Shown piece after piece: positions 48,424 to 59,454 of a DNA stretch of 64,000 nucleotides. A program made the translations under genes and the position numbers. The DNA is from a virus (lineage: Duplodnaviria > Caudoviricetes): the IMG/VR virus record IMGVR_UViG_2791355157_000004, positions 1 through 64,000 of that record. One strand, given 5' to 3'. Position 1 is the first letter of the stretch, and each line of letters opens with the position of its first letter. The notes below the pieces were generated by a model that made no database searches, was not told the DNA's origin, and was given only the letters and a program-made list of their open reading frames with translations.

Positions 48424-51400
48424 ATGGCCTATGAGCTAAATTACGGACAGCCCCTGGCCGGGCAGTCCGTTGGCGACGTGAAAAAGCAGCAGGTGGCAGA
48501 AGCCTCCGCAGCTAAGCAGCAGGAGCTCGACCCTGCCGCCGCCTACAACAAGGACCTGGCGAGCCTTGACCCCGTCCTGCTCCAGCAGAAGTACGGCGAT
48601 AAAGCGGTCGTTGACCAGCTGGACTACAAGCTGGGCGCGGCACAGAGCCAGCGCATGGACAACTGGGATCGCAGCGCAGGTGAAGTCACCAGCGATACCG
48701 GTTTATCGGTTGCCAAAGGCGCAGTTGGCCTGGGCGGTTTCCTGTCGAGCTTCGCCCGTATGGCGGGCCAGGGCATGGCCGTCACTGGTCAGAACTGGAA
48801 CGACCCTGAACAGGCACTGAAGAACCTGCACGCCGTTGAAGTGGGCAATGCCCGCTCCGCTGCGGCGCAGAACCAGAGCATCAATAATGCCAATGACGCG
48901 CTGACGCAGGCCCTGAGCCGTCGCAGCCAGCTGGCAGAGACCCGCACCAACGCGGATATTCAGGATCGCCAGCAGCAGAACACCGCGCAGTATGACGCCG
49001 ACCTTAAAGCCGGTGCGTCCCCGCTGGTGGCCGGACTGGAGCAGCTGGGCCGTGGCTTTGTTGACGGTGCCAGCGCAGTCGCCAAAGACCCGACCTACCT
49101 CAGCAACTTCGTCGCCCAGCAGGTCCCTTCCCTCGCCCTCGGTCCGGCCAGCGCCGTAGCCGCCCGTGCTGAAGTCGCAGCAGGCCTCACTGGCTCAGCA
49201 GCCCGTGACCTTCTGAAGTCTGAACTCGGTAAAGCCGCGGTCCAGAAAGCCGGTACCCGTAACCTGATGGCAAGCATCGGGATCACCGAAGGCGCTGGCG
49301 CCGGTCAGCAGACGTTTGACCAGGTGAACCAGACCAGCTTTGATGATCTGCAGAAGCACTCGCAGGACTACCGTGACCTCATCGCCCAGGGCAATTCCCC
49401 TGAGGATGCCCGCGCTGTCGTGGCCCAGCGTTCCGCCAATGCGGCAACGCTTATCCAGACGCCTGCCGCTGCCCTTGCCGGCAAGATTGCCGCGAAGTTT
49501 GAGCTGGCACCGCTGTCAGGTGGTGGCGCTACCGGTGCTGCCCGCGTCGGTCATGCCCTGATGAGTACGCTCAAAGAGACCGGTGAAGAGACCCTTCAGT
49601 CCGGTGGCGGTCAGCTGGCGCAGAACGTCGGCGTGAAGAGCTACGCGGACGACACGCAGTCCCTGTCGGACGGTGTCGGTGAGCAGGCCGGTATGGGTGC
49701 GCTCGGTGCCGTCGGTTTAACCACCGCAGTCCAGGCGCCAAGCGCCGCTGCCGGCGTGGCAAAAGTCACTGCGCGCCAGACCGCTGACATGGCGAAACAG
49801 GCGGCCGGTTTCTCAATGACCAAACTGCGCGATATCGCCGAGAAGCGTACCGCGCTGAACCCTGAAGACCAGGCCGCTGCCGATGCACAGACACAGTCTG
49901 AGTCCATCAACACGGCCGCTCAGGAGTACGCCCAGGCGCAGCCGCAGGCGGCTACGGATGAGCAGGCCACTGAAGAAGCCCCTGCCGCACCCGAAGATAC
50001 CCGCATTGGAAAGCTGGCTCAGCTGAACCAGTTCCTGTCACACCCGCAGGCACCGGAAGCGCAGAAGCGTGACCTGGTGGCCAAAGCCGTGGTGCAGATG
50101 GGCAACATGGTCAATGAGTACAAAGCCATGGGTGCAGAGGTAGAAGCCGATCCTGACGCTGACCACACGGTAACCCTGGGCAAGATGCAGGCGATGGAAA
50201 AAGCCTTCGCCTCTCCGGAATTCCAGAACATCATTGCCCACCAGCAGCACTACGCGCAGAACCCGATCGACGTCGCTGCTGCGGATGAAGCGATCCCCGA
50301 ACAGGTCGGTACCGCAACGCCTGAGATGCAGCAGCACGCCAAAGACGTGGCGGATCAGGCGGCTATTGAGCCGGAAAAAATCCCTGAGCCGCTGTATCAG
50401 AAGGTGATCAGCAACGGTAAAGCGCTGGGCCTGAACCCGCAGCAGATTGCGCAGGTACAGGGTGGCCTGAAGGTCGCGCAGCTGTCGCAGACCAAAGGCA
50501 TCGACATGGTCAATAAGGACGTGACAGAAGGCGGCAACGCCCAGTTCATGAGCCTCAAGGACCACGTGAAGGGCGTCTATGCCGGCCTCGCTGCCAATGA
50601 CATGCAGAGCGCGCAGAATGCCATGACCGGCCTTCAGGCGTTTGCGCAGCACATGGCCAGCAAAGCGGCTGACTTTGACGCTGCCTACGATCGCTGGCAG
50701 GCCAACCCGGCAGCCGGTCCGGTCAGCGTGACCCGTGCCGACGGTTCCACCTACAACTCGCTGGTAACCGCGGGCCAGCAGGCGAAACCGATGTTTGCCT
50801 CCGGCAAGTCATCCGTGCTGATGGCGAAGATCCGCAATGAAGCGAAGCTCCTGGCGGACACCTACAACCAGATGCTGTCGGACCATCCGGAGCTGTCTGG
50901 CTCACCGATTTCACTGGCCCCTGCCCCGCAACAGCAGCAGGCACAGCCAGTGGCGGCACCTAAACCCGCTGCACCGGTGCGTGAATCCACAACCGGTACC
51001 GGCGTCTTTAACGGTGAGCGTGAGCTGACCCGCGCTGAGATGCAGGACCTCGCCTCCGGTGAAGTGACGATCGCCGACCTCAAACAGAAGTGGGCTGACG
51101 AAGCCGCACCGGCGCCGGCGGTACAGGAGCCTGTGGCGGAAGCAGCCCCTGAACCTGCCCGGGCAGCTGAGCCGGTACCGCAGGAATCAGTACCAGCACA
51201 ACCAGAGCCAACTCCGGTGGAATCTCCAGCAGAAACCAGGGACAATGTTACTGAGCCGTTAAGTAAAGCAGACCCAGTAACTGCTAACCCAGAACCTGTG
51301 ACTCCACAAACTGATGAAGCCGGGGAGCCGCAGAATGAACCGTCTGAACCATCTGAGCCTGTGGCTGATCGTGAGCCTGCAGGTGAACCTGTGGTGGCTG

Positions 51401-54400
51401 AAGAGGACACTCAGACGGGCGCTGAGCGACTTCTTGCTAATCTGACACCACGCCTTAGCCGCGAGCGTACAGAAAAGGAGAGCGAGGCCGATCACGAAGC
51501 CCGCGTCTCCAACGCCGTGGTGAAATGGTTTGCGCCGGCTAAAGCCCGTACCCCCTTCTCCCGCACCCTGGATTTCATGTCGAAACTCGGCGAGGCGCTG
51601 CGCACATCGGCGGATGCCACCGGTGAACTGCTGGGCCTGAAAGACGGTGAGCAGCTGACCCAGGAAAACATGGATGCACTGGAGACGCTGACCTACCTCA
51701 ATGACCGGTTCCGCGATGAATACGCGCAGGCCATTGCTGCCAAGCTGGCCAAGGTCAAAGACCTCAATGCCCTGCCGTGGCGCAACAGCCCTATCCTGTA
51801 TTTCACCCGCGTCAGCCAGAAAGGTGAGCTGCGTTCGCACCAGACGTCACGTCACGCCACCGATGCGATCGGCATGGCGGCGCTGAAGTTTGCCCTGGAT
51901 AACCTGAACGCCACCGGGCCAACGTCACGCGAAGACCTGGCGGAAGACCTGAACATCAGCGCTGACCAGATCACCGACGCCATGATGGAGCGGTTCATGA
52001 CCGGCTCGCAGGCATTCAGCGTGGTGGCCGGCCGTCTCGCCGCCTCGATTACCCGCACCATGGGCCTGAAAGCCAGTGATGACGCCCCCGGCAACATCGC
52101 CAACGGGATTCCGCTGTCGCTGGCCATGGATGCGCTGAACGTGCTGCAGAAGCTGGGCCTGGCGAAGATCGACTCCCTGAAAATGGATGTGGGTACCGCT
52201 GATGCACCGGAGATTAAAACCTTCAAATCGGTGAGTTTCGTCAACGATGAAGGCAGTGCGCTGCGCGACATCGATGCTGCGCTGGGCAGCCAGCTGGACC
52301 TGCTGTCCCGCATGATTGACCCGGAGAGCAAAGCCTCTGCGTACATCGATGCGCTGCCGCCTGTCGGTGGCGATCGGCTGGGCCGCTCACAGGTACAGAA
52401 GCTGTCTTCCCGCCTGAAGGATACTGTACGCAACCTGCAGAAAAAGGCGTTCTACCTGAACACCGACCTGCATGATCTGGTTGAGGGCATGGGCTTTGAC
52501 GCCGTGGGTAAAATGCTGGGTATCCGGGAAACGGATAACCTCAACCGGATGCACGCGGAAAGCGTCGAGGGCAAGAACGTCTCCATTCGTTCAGCCCTGG
52601 CAAGCTGGCAGCGCGGCATGTCTGACCTGCAGGCGAAAGCCGGCGATCGCAACCTGGGTGACATCCCGGTGCGCTTCGCCTGGTCCATCGGCAGCAACAT
52701 GCGCGCCATGCTGAACTCCACCACCTTCAACCCGCAGCGGCATAAATTCCACCGCGAGCTGATGACCGGTGAACCCCGTGCGATCACCCTGGGTGATAAA
52801 AAGCAGGTTCACCAGTTCCAGATGGCGGTAGCCCAGGCAATGGGCGTGAAGGTTGACCGCATGAGTAACGCAGCGGCCAAGGCTAAAGCAGCCGAGAAGC
52901 TGGCTGATCCGACCGTTGCCGCTGCCGTGGATACGCTGAAAGCGCACCTCGGTGACTACTCCGGCCTGACGGCCAGCGACGTAGGGGTGATCACTGCGGC
53001 GGTCGGCATTGCCGGCGAGGGCATGAAATCCTTCCATGGTCTGCTGGCTCAGGCGAAGTTCCTGCATGCGCAGGAGAATGGCGCCACCAGCTTCATGAAC
53101 CATCTCACCTTTGAGCTCGACGGTAAAACGGATGGTCCGGCAAATGCCCTGGTGCATTTCGGATCGGCGCGGGGTGACAGCACCTTCTTCAGCATGCTGA
53201 AGAAAGTCGGCCTGTTCGTGAACGATGCCTCCACCGCGCTGAACGTGTTCTCCGCCGGTGACTCCGACATCTACCAGGAAGTGTCAGCGCGCATCAACAA
53301 CGTGCTGAAAGCGGCGAATCCGGACAACATGGAACCGGGTGCGGTGCGTGCCATGAAGGGGCAGCTTCGTCTGCTGCAGCTGGCGGGTAACATTGAGATT
53401 GCCGATCCGGATGATATCAAGACGGCAACCGCCACCCGTAACATGGCCAAGAACCCGGTGACGCAGACCGTCTATTCTGCCGGTGACGACGCCAAGGTCC
53501 GCAGCCTCAGTAAGCAGATGCAGACGGCCGTGTATGAGGAACTCAGTAAGGCGCTGGCTCAGGGTACCCAACTTGACCAGAGCATCGTGGATGCCGTGGA
53601 GTCCCTGACCGGGAATACTGCGCTGCGCGATCCGGCGAACTATCAGGGTTTCCGGTTCTCGCCCAACGACAACACGCTGATGGAAAACCACCTGACCACC
53701 GGCATGGGTGCGGTGCTGAATACGGCGATCGGCGACGTGCTGGGTAACGTGGTGACCTCCGGCCAGACGCTGGCCAAGGCCGCTGCCGTTCAGCACCAGT
53801 TCTTCGCCGCCGCGTTCACCAAAGCCCGCCAGGCGAAACTCGACGCGCTGCGTGCTGCAGGCGAACTGTCGGGATTTGAAGATCTGTCCGCGGCTCAGGT
53901 GCAGGAAGTCTATGATTCCGTGGTTCACCTCGCACCGATTTACCACAACGCCCTGACCAGCGGCACGAACCCGCGTGACGGGATGCTGATGAGTAAAGAG
54001 GTCCGCGGCAAATTCACTGAGCAGCGCGCCGAGTCAGTCTTCGGTGACAAAACCGATATCCCGGCGCTGGACTTTGAGGCGCCAGGCGCACGCCCTGCTC
54101 CGATGATGACCATCTCCTCAGGCGATGCCACCATGATGGCGCTCTACTTCCTGAAGCACGACAACGCCCTGAACGTCTTTGACGGACTGGAGGTTATGCC
54201 AGGGGAGTTCGATGCCGCCGCGAAGGCGATCAACGAAGCGGTGTTCCAGGGCTGGCAGTTTGGCCTGATGAGCAGCATTGCCGAGTCGTATGAAGCCGGT
54301 ATCCGCGCTGTCACGCCTGACCTGTTCAGCGGCCTGTCTGTGGCAGAGCTGGGCAACATGGCGCGTAACCTGCGCATTCCCGCGAAGCAGCTGAAGGGTC

Positions 54401-57400
54401 TCGATGCCGGTCAGCTGATGACGCGCATCATGCAGGAGGCGGAGGGAACCAACATCGATCTGAGTGACCTTGCCACCAACATCGATGCGACGAAGAGCGT
54501 CATCTTCAACGAACTGCCGACCTCGACCGACCACATGGCCGGCCACGAGCAGCCGGTGATTAACCGTGCTGATATCGCCCCGGTCACTGACCCGGTGACG
54601 CAGGTGGCCAGCCGCGCTAACGCCTACCGCATGCGGAAACGTAAAGCGGAAGATCTGCAGCTGTCGCAGAATGACACGGCACTCGACCGGCACCTCAAAG
54701 CGGTGAACCCGGGCAAGGGTGACCCTGTCACGGTGTTCACCAAAGACCAGGTCCTGCAGGCGCTGAAAGGCTACCTCGATGAGGTTGCCGGTAAGAAGGC
54801 GCGTATCCCGCAGTTCGTGCTGAGCCAGATTGAGAAGCAGCTGCCTGATGACCTGAGCGTCCATATCGGCACGCCGCAGAACATCCGCAGTCACATCCTG
54901 GCGCAGTTCCCGGATCTGGGCAGCGGTACGCTGGACCTGGTGCAGGGTATGACGTACGGCAACACGGTGTTCATCGGCAACCGCTCCGCAGAAACCATCC
55001 TGCATGAGCTGGTTCACGCCGCGACACAGAACGTGATTGACCAGTATTTCAGTGACGCCACCCGGCTGTCGCCAGAGCAGCGCAGCAGTATCGGAGCACT
55101 CAACCGCATCCTGACCGACTTTCTCTCAGAGGAAGCCGCCGGCCTGCCGGTTGAACAGCGCCGCTTTGGCAAGTCGGGCAACGTGCAGCAGTACCTGCAG
55201 ATGCTGGTCACTACCGGCGATCGCACCACTGCGCTGAAAGAGTTTGTGGCCTGGTCGATGACTAACCCCTGGTTAGCCGCTGACCTGCAGGCCGTGGAGA
55301 ACACGGATAAATCCACCCACATCCTGGGCCGCATCCTGAAGGTGATCGCCCGCATGCTGGGTATCGGTACCGCAGCGCAGAGCTATTTCACCTCGATCGC
55401 CGGCCACGTGCAGCAGGCCATGGGCCCTGCCTACACGCGGGACGTCACCGGCACAGCGACGGCGCTGAATCAGCTCGACCTTGATGGCCTGTTCGCCCGC
55501 CTGCGCTCCGAGCGTACGACGGTCAGTCATCAGGCGCATCTGGATCAGGTGTTCGCTAACCTCAAACAGAACCTGATTGACCGCATCACGACCACGGCGC
55601 AGCCGGTAGCCGGTATCAAAACCGCTGCTGACCAGCTGGACCTGGACGCCATCGACCCGGCTATCAGCCAGTCCGCTGCGCAGTTTATGGCGAGCGGCTA
55701 CCCGATGAACGCCCAGGAAGAAATGGTGTTCAAGATGCTGCAGGCGTCACTATCCACGGCGTTTGAGGCGCACCCTGCCCGTGCCATCGAAGCGCGTAAG
55801 CTCTTCAATGAAGCGGCGCAGCGCCTGACACCGGCAGACTTTGGCCTGGGACCGATGGGCCAGATGCGCTACGACGCGCTGTTTGGTCAGGGTCAGCATG
55901 CAGATACCCAGCTGGCCAACTTCCTGGCCGTGGCCCAGGTCAACCAGCAGCTGCGTGACGCACTGCGTCAGATGTTCGTGAAGCGCAGCAGCCAGCGATC
56001 GCAGAACTGGGAAGAGCGCATCACCAAATCGGTGGATGACGCCATCCGCTGGGTGGCCAACCTCGGTACCGGTATTCGCCGCTCTACCGAAGTGCAGAAG
56101 CGCCTCGATATTCTGACGAAGAACCTGACGCACTTTGAGGCGCAGGCGAAGCAGAACGTCATTGAGAAAGCGACCAGCGGTATCGGTGATTCACTGGATC
56201 AGCTGAACAACGTGGTGAACCAGAAGAAGGCCAATGGTGCTGCCTGGCTGGAAGCCAACGCCGAGCAGCTGGCACAGAAGGTGCCGAACGCAGTCGCACA
56301 GAACTATGCCGAGTTTCTGATGCGCGGTGTGGCCGCGATGGGCAGCAAAGGGGCGAGCAGCCGGTTTGCCGAAGCGCTGACTTCCACCATTAACCAGGGC
56401 GATGCGGATACCCCGCTCGGGCCGCTGCGCTCACTGGTGGTGGAGATGATGGGCGTGACTGACTCCAACCGGGCAACGCTTGAGCTGGTCTCCCGCGCCA
56501 AGACCTCGGTGGACAAGGTGCGTCAGATCATCCGCGAGCAGGTACCGAAAATCCTCAGCGAGCGGTTCAGCGCCCCGCTGTCACAGCAGGAGTCCGCTGC
56601 CCTGCACGCCGGCCTGGGTAAGACCGATGCTGCGTCACTGCTGAAAGCAGGCTACAGCCATACCGATGTGCAGCGCCTGTTCGCTGACCAGGCGTATCTG
56701 GTGAATGAAATCAGCAATGCGTCCGCTGCGATCGTCGGCCCTCACGCTGCTTCGCAGCGCCTGGCCTCCGACGCGCTGGCGCACTTTATGGTGACGGGTG
56801 AGGTGACCAACAGCCACCTGCTGACCAATGCCTACCAGATTGCTAACCTGACCGGTACCGGTATTGCGGTGCAGTCTGCTGATGCGAAAGCCAATCAGTC
56901 GGCGCTTGATAAACTGGTGTCGCTGCTGGCGATCAGCAAACTGCCGGCACAGCAGAAGAGTGACGTCGCCGCAGTCATGGCGCGTGAGGAGAAAGCGAAC
57001 CCGGGCGACAATGGCGCCACGTTCTCGCTGAACTACCTCAACAACCTGCGTGAGCGCGAGGATGCTCGCCTCAATGCGATGAACGGCATCAAGGGTGCGA
57101 TGCACACCACGTTTGACGCCCATAAGTCGGTGGTCATTGCCACGGCGGCCCAGGGTGCTGAGCTGCTCAAGCGCGGTTATATCAAGGGTGCCATGGTTCA
57201 GGGTGATCCGCAGGCTAACCACGGCGTCATGCATTACTACGAGTCCTCTGAGGGCGGTCGCCCGCAGTGGAATCAGGGTGCGATGCAGACGGTGCAGGTC
57301 ACGGCCGGCGGCGTTGACCCGTATACCGGTCGCATGATCACCCCGGTTTCCACCCCGCGACTGCAGGGGGGTACCCAGGTGAGTGCGCTGGCAGCGAAGC

Positions 57401-58845
57401 GTCGCCAGCAGGCACGAACCGGCCGGGCTTTCATGCCGAACGGTAACAACATGAATCTGCGCCCTGTCTTCGACATCAACGGCGCCACGGTGGCGTATGA
57501 ATACTCGGTGCCGCATGACGTCCGGGACGCGAAGCTTGAGGCGAACACGGACTTTGGTCACAACCTGGGTGTGTGGGAAGGCCGTATTCAGGAGGAGCTG
57601 CTGAGCCAGGGCTTCAACCAGAAGCTGGTGGAAGTGCTGCACGATCGCTACACCGAGGATATGAAGACCACGGGCCGCGATAACGAGTACATCGCCATCA
57701 ACGCGAAGTCCAAAGACCCGCAGGTGCGTGAGATGTATGGCCTGATGCCGGTTGAGATGAAGGCGATGGTGGAGAATGTGTTCGGGGGTGATCTGATGGT
57801 GCGTAAGGATATGCTGGATAACGCCCTGGGCTTTCGCCGTGCGTCGGTCAAGGAGATCTGGGACGGCAACAGCCGTCTGAATGCGGGGGCACAGAGTGCT
57901 GTGAAAGCGGTCTCTGAGGTGGTGATGGGTAAATCCGCTGCGCGATACCTGCGCAAAGGGGAGCGCTTCCTGCAGGAGGCCGTATCCAGTGCAAAAGACT
58001 GGATCGTCGTACGTTCCCTGGTGGTGGCACGTGACAACATCGTCTCAAACGTGACCCAGATGCTGAGCCACGGTATGAACCCTCTGCAGGTAGCGCGTAA
58101 AAGTGCCGAAGCAATGGTGCTGGTGGATGCGTATCAGAAGAACGAGCGCCGCATGAACGAGCTGTCGCTGCTGATCCAGAACGGCGTGACGCCGGCGAAG
58201 CATCCGGCATTCAACCGCGAGCTGGAATCGCTGCGTGCGGAGAACGCCCGTAACCCGGTGCATCCCCTGGTGATGGCCGGCCATCTGCCGACGATCGCCG
58301 AAGGGCTGTCTGAGAACGACGACTACAGCATGCGCAATGACTTTAACGGCTGGGTTGAACGCCAGACCGCGAAGTTACCGAAGGGTGTGACCACGGCTGC
58401 GCGCTATGCGCTGATTGCCCGCGGTACCCCGCTGTATGCCGGTCTCAACCGGATGATTCAGTATGGTGATTTCACTGCGAAGTACGCCCTGTATGACCAT
58501 CTCATGACCCGGAAATCGGACAAGATGGACCAGCAGGGGGCACTGCAAATGCTGGAGGATGAGTTCGTGAACTACGCGCTGCTGCCTTCCCGCTCCCGTG
58601 ATTACCTGGAGAGCATGGGTGCAACGTGGTTCCTGAACTACAAACTGCGCATTCAGAAAATCCTGCTGCGCTCGATGCGTGACAATCCGCTGCGCTTCCT
58701 GGCGATCGCCGGTGGCTTTAATGCGGCTGACGTGCCGAACGTGCTGGATGCAAACCTGGTGACGAATTCGGTGAGTCCGAACCTGGGGATGGGGGCGCTG
58801 TTCAGAGCGCATGAAACGCACCCGCTCTGGTGGCTTATCGACTGA
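48424..58845 (+). CDS. Virion-encapsidated RNA polymerase (N4 gp50-like)
   Basis: About 3470 aa, no Cys seen; motifs A (ELDGKTDG), B (RNMAKNPVTQTVY) and C (NVFDG); C-terminal QYGDF..KY. Confidence 0.95.
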   Translation: MAYELNYGQPLAGQSVGDVKKQQVAEASAAKQQELDPAAAYNKDLASLDPVLLQQKYGDKAVVDQLDYKLGAAQSQRMDNWDRSAGEVTSDTGLSVAKGAVGLGGFLSSFARMAGQGMAVTGQNWNDPEQALKNLHAVEVGNARSAAAQNQSINNANDALTQALSRRSQLAETRTNADIQDRQQQNTAQYDADLKAGASPLVAGLEQLGRGFVDGASAVAKDPTYLSNFVAQQVPSLALGPASAVAARAEVAAGLTGSAARDLLKSELGKAAVQKAGTRNLMASIGITEGAGAGQQTFDQVNQTSFDDLQKHSQDYRDLIAQGNSPEDARAVVAQRSANAATLIQTPAAALAGKIAAKFELAPLSGGGATGAARVGHALMSTLKETGEETLQSGGGQLAQNVGVKSYADDTQSLSDGVGEQAGMGALGAVGLTTAVQAPSAAAGVAKVTARQTADMAKQAAGFSMTKLRDIAEKRTALNPEDQAAADAQTQSESINTAAQEYAQAQPQAATDEQATEEAPAAPEDTRIGKLAQLNQFLSHPQAPEAQKRDLVAKAVVQMGNMVNEYKAMGAEVEADPDADHTVTLGKMQAMEKAFASPEFQNIIAHQQHYAQNPIDVAAADEAIPEQVGTATPEMQQHAKDVADQAAIEPEKIPEPLYQKVISNGKALGLNPQQIAQVQGGLKVAQLSQTKGIDMVNKDVTEGGNAQFMSLKDHVKGVYAGLAANDMQSAQNAMTGLQAFAQHMASKAADFDAAYDRWQANPAAGPVSVTRADGSTYNSLVTAGQQAKPMFASGKSSVLMAKIRNEAKLLADTYNQMLSDHPELSGSPISLAPAPQQQQAQPVAAPKPAAPVRESTTGTGVFNGERELTRAEMQDLASGEVTIADLKQKWADEAAPAPAVQEPVAEAAPEPARAAEPVPQESVPAQPEPTPVESPAETRDNVTEPLSKADPVTANPEPVTPQTDEAGEPQNEPSEPSEPVADREPAGEPVVAEEDTQTGAERLLANLTPRLSRERTEKESEADHEARVSNAVVKWFAPAKARTPFSRTLDFMSKLGEALRTSADATGELLGLKDGEQLTQENMDALETLTYLNDRFRDEYAQAIAAKLAKVKDLNALPWRNSPILYFTRVSQKGELRSHQTSRHATDAIGMAALKFALDNLNATGPTSREDLAEDLNISADQITDAMMERFMTGSQAFSVVAGRLAASITRTMGLKASDDAPGNIANGIPLSLAMDALNVLQKLGLAKIDSLKMDVGTADAPEIKTFKSVSFVNDEGSALRDIDAALGSQLDLLSRMIDPESKASAYIDALPPVGGDRLGRSQVQKLSSRLKDTVRNLQKKAFYLNTDLHDLVEGMGFDAVGKMLGIRETDNLNRMHAESVEGKNVSIRSALASWQRGMSDLQAKAGDRNLGDIPVRFAWSIGSNMRAMLNSTTFNPQRHKFHRELMTGEPRAITLGDKKQVHQFQMAVAQAMGVKVDRMSNAAAKAKAAEKLADPTVAAAVDTLKAHLGDYSGLTASDVGVITAAVGIAGEGMKSFHGLLAQAKFLHAQENGATSFMNHLTFELDGKTDGPANALVHFGSARGDSTFFSMLKKVGLFVNDASTALNVFSAGDSDIYQEVSARINNVLKAANPDNMEPGAVRAMKGQLRLLQLAGNIEIADPDDIKTATATRNMAKNPVTQTVYSAGDDAKVRSLSKQMQTAVYEELSKALAQGTQLDQSIVDAVESLTGNTALRDPANYQGFRFSPNDNTLMENHLTTGMGAVLNTAIGDVLGNVVTSGQTLAKAAAVQHQFFAAAFTKARQAKLDALRAAGELSGFEDLSAAQVQEVYDSVVHLAPIYHNALTSGTNPRDGMLMSKEVRGKFTEQRAESVFGDKTDIPALDFEAPGARPAPMMTISSGDATMMALYFLKHDNALNVFDGLEVMPGEFDAAAKAINEAVFQGWQFGLMSSIAESYEAGIRAVTPDLFSGLSVAELGNMARNLRIPAKQLKGLDAGQLMTRIMQEAEGTNIDLSDLATNIDATKSVIFNELPTSTDHMAGHEQPVINRADIAPVTDPVTQVASRANAYRMRKRKAEDLQLSQNDTALDRHLKAVNPGKGDPVTVFTKDQVLQALKGYLDEVAGKKARIPQFVLSQIEKQLPDDLSVHIGTPQNIRSHILAQFPDLGSGTLDLVQGMTYGNTVFIGNRSAETILHELVHAATQNVIDQYFSDATRLSPEQRSSIGALNRILTDFLSEEAAGLPVEQRRFGKSGNVQQYLQMLVTTGDRTTALKEFVAWSMTNPWLAADLQAVENTDKSTHILGRILKVIARMLGIGTAAQSYFTSIAGHVQQAMGPAYTRDVTGTATALNQLDLDGLFARLRSERTTVSHQAHLDQVFANLKQNLIDRITTTAQPVAGIKTAADQLDLDAIDPAISQSAAQFMASGYPMNAQEEMVFKMLQASLSTAFEAHPARAIEARKLFNEAAQRLTPADFGLGPMGQMRYDALFGQGQHADTQLANFLAVAQVNQQLRDALRQMFVKRSSQRSQNWEERITKSVDDAIRWVANLGTGIRRSTEVQKRLDILTKNLTHFEAQAKQNVIEKATSGIGDSLDQLNNVVNQKKANGAAWLEANAEQLAQKVPNAVAQNYAEFLMRGVAAMGSKGASSRFAEALTSTINQGDADTPLGPLRSLVVEMMGVTDSNRATLELVSRAKTSVDKVRQIIREQVPKILSERFSAPLSQQESAALHAGLGKTDAASLLKAGYSHTDVQRLFADQAYLVNEISNASAAIVGPHAASQRLASDALAHFMVTGEVTNSHLLTNAYQIANLTGTGIAVQSADAKANQSALDKLVSLLAISKLPAQQKSDVAAVMAREEKANPGDNGATFSLNYLNNLREREDARLNAMNGIKGAMHTTFDAHKSVVIATAAQGAELLKRGYIKGAMVQGDPQANHGVMHYYESSEGGRPQWNQGAMQTVQVTAGGVDPYTGRMITPVSTPRLQGGTQVSALAAKRRQQARTGRAFMPNGNNMNLRPVFDINGATVAYEYSVPHDVRDAKLEANTDFGHNLGVWEGRIQEELLSQGFNQKLVEVLHDRYTEDMKTTGRDNEYIAINAKSKDPQVREMYGLMPVEMKAMVENVFGGDLMVRKDMLDNALGFRRASVKEIWDGNSRLNAGAQSAVKAVSEVVMGKSAARYLRKGERFLQEAVSSAKDWIVVRSLVVARDNIVSNVTQMLSHGMNPLQVARKSAEAMVLVDAYQKNERRMNELSLLIQNGVTPAKHPAFNRELESLRAENARNPVHPLVMAGHLPTIAEGLSENDDYSMRNDFNGWVERQTAKLPKGVTTAARYALIARGTPLYAGLNRMIQYGDFTAKYALYDHLMTRKSDKMDQQGALQMLEDEFVNYALLPSRSRDYLESMGATWFLNYKLRIQKILLRSMRDNPLRFLAIAGGFNAADVPNVLDANLVTNSVSPNLGMGALFRAHETHPLWWLID

Positions 58846-58854
58846 TACAAAGAA

Positions 58855-58886
58855 TAAAGCCCTCCTATTGCTAGGGGGGCTTCTTT
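58855..58886. terminator. Terminator between the convergent late and middle operons
   Basis: aaagccctcct-attgct-aggggggcttcttt. Confidence 0.7.
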
Positions 58887-59031
58887 CCGCTGACTCCTTC
58901 CTTGAGTACAGCTACCACTATCAGAAATACAACTACGTATGGGATCGCGTAGAACAATAGTGGCAGCATCGAAAAAAGTCCAATGATCGCAGCCGTGATG
59001 AGTAGCGCCCTAAGCCAGAGCATGCGCTTTT

Positions 59032-59454
59032 TTACGCCGTCTGGCGGTTAAAAAGTGACACACCTTTGCTGGCCGGTCCCTCTGCAGCGATATCATTGAA
59101 CGGTCCATTTTCCGGATTTTCCTTAGTCAAATCAGGTTCCTGCGAGGAGCCCTGGGTATCGACTGAAGACTTTCCCGGCAAGGCAGCACCGGTGTCCTGT
59201 GGTAACGTTTCGGAATTATCCGAAAGTGCAACAACCGGGGTCTGCTCCACAGTTTTGACCGCCTTTTCAACCGCTTCAGCGCGGCGCGGCGACTTGGTGA
59301 ACTCCAGGGTTGCCCCGTATTCAGAGGGGGTTTTACCCCCGCCGCCACCGGTCAGGGCGACACTGGCGTTGGTCCCTTCAGCCAGGATGCCCAGGCCGAT
59401 AATATAAAGCTGCACGGCTTCATGCAGCTCGCTTTCATTCAGGGTGATTTGCAT
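59032..59454 (-). CDS. Conserved N4-like hypothetical protein
   Basis: MQITLNESEL..AV N-terminus, low-complexity tail ending SLF. Confidence 0.65.
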   Translation of the reverse strand: MQITLNESELHEAVQLYIIGLGILAEGTNASVALTGGGGGKTPSEYGATLEFTKSPRRAEAVEKAVKTVEQTPVVALSDNSETLPQDTGAALPGKSSVDTQGSSQEPDLTKENPENGPFNDIAAEGPASKGVSLFNRQTA

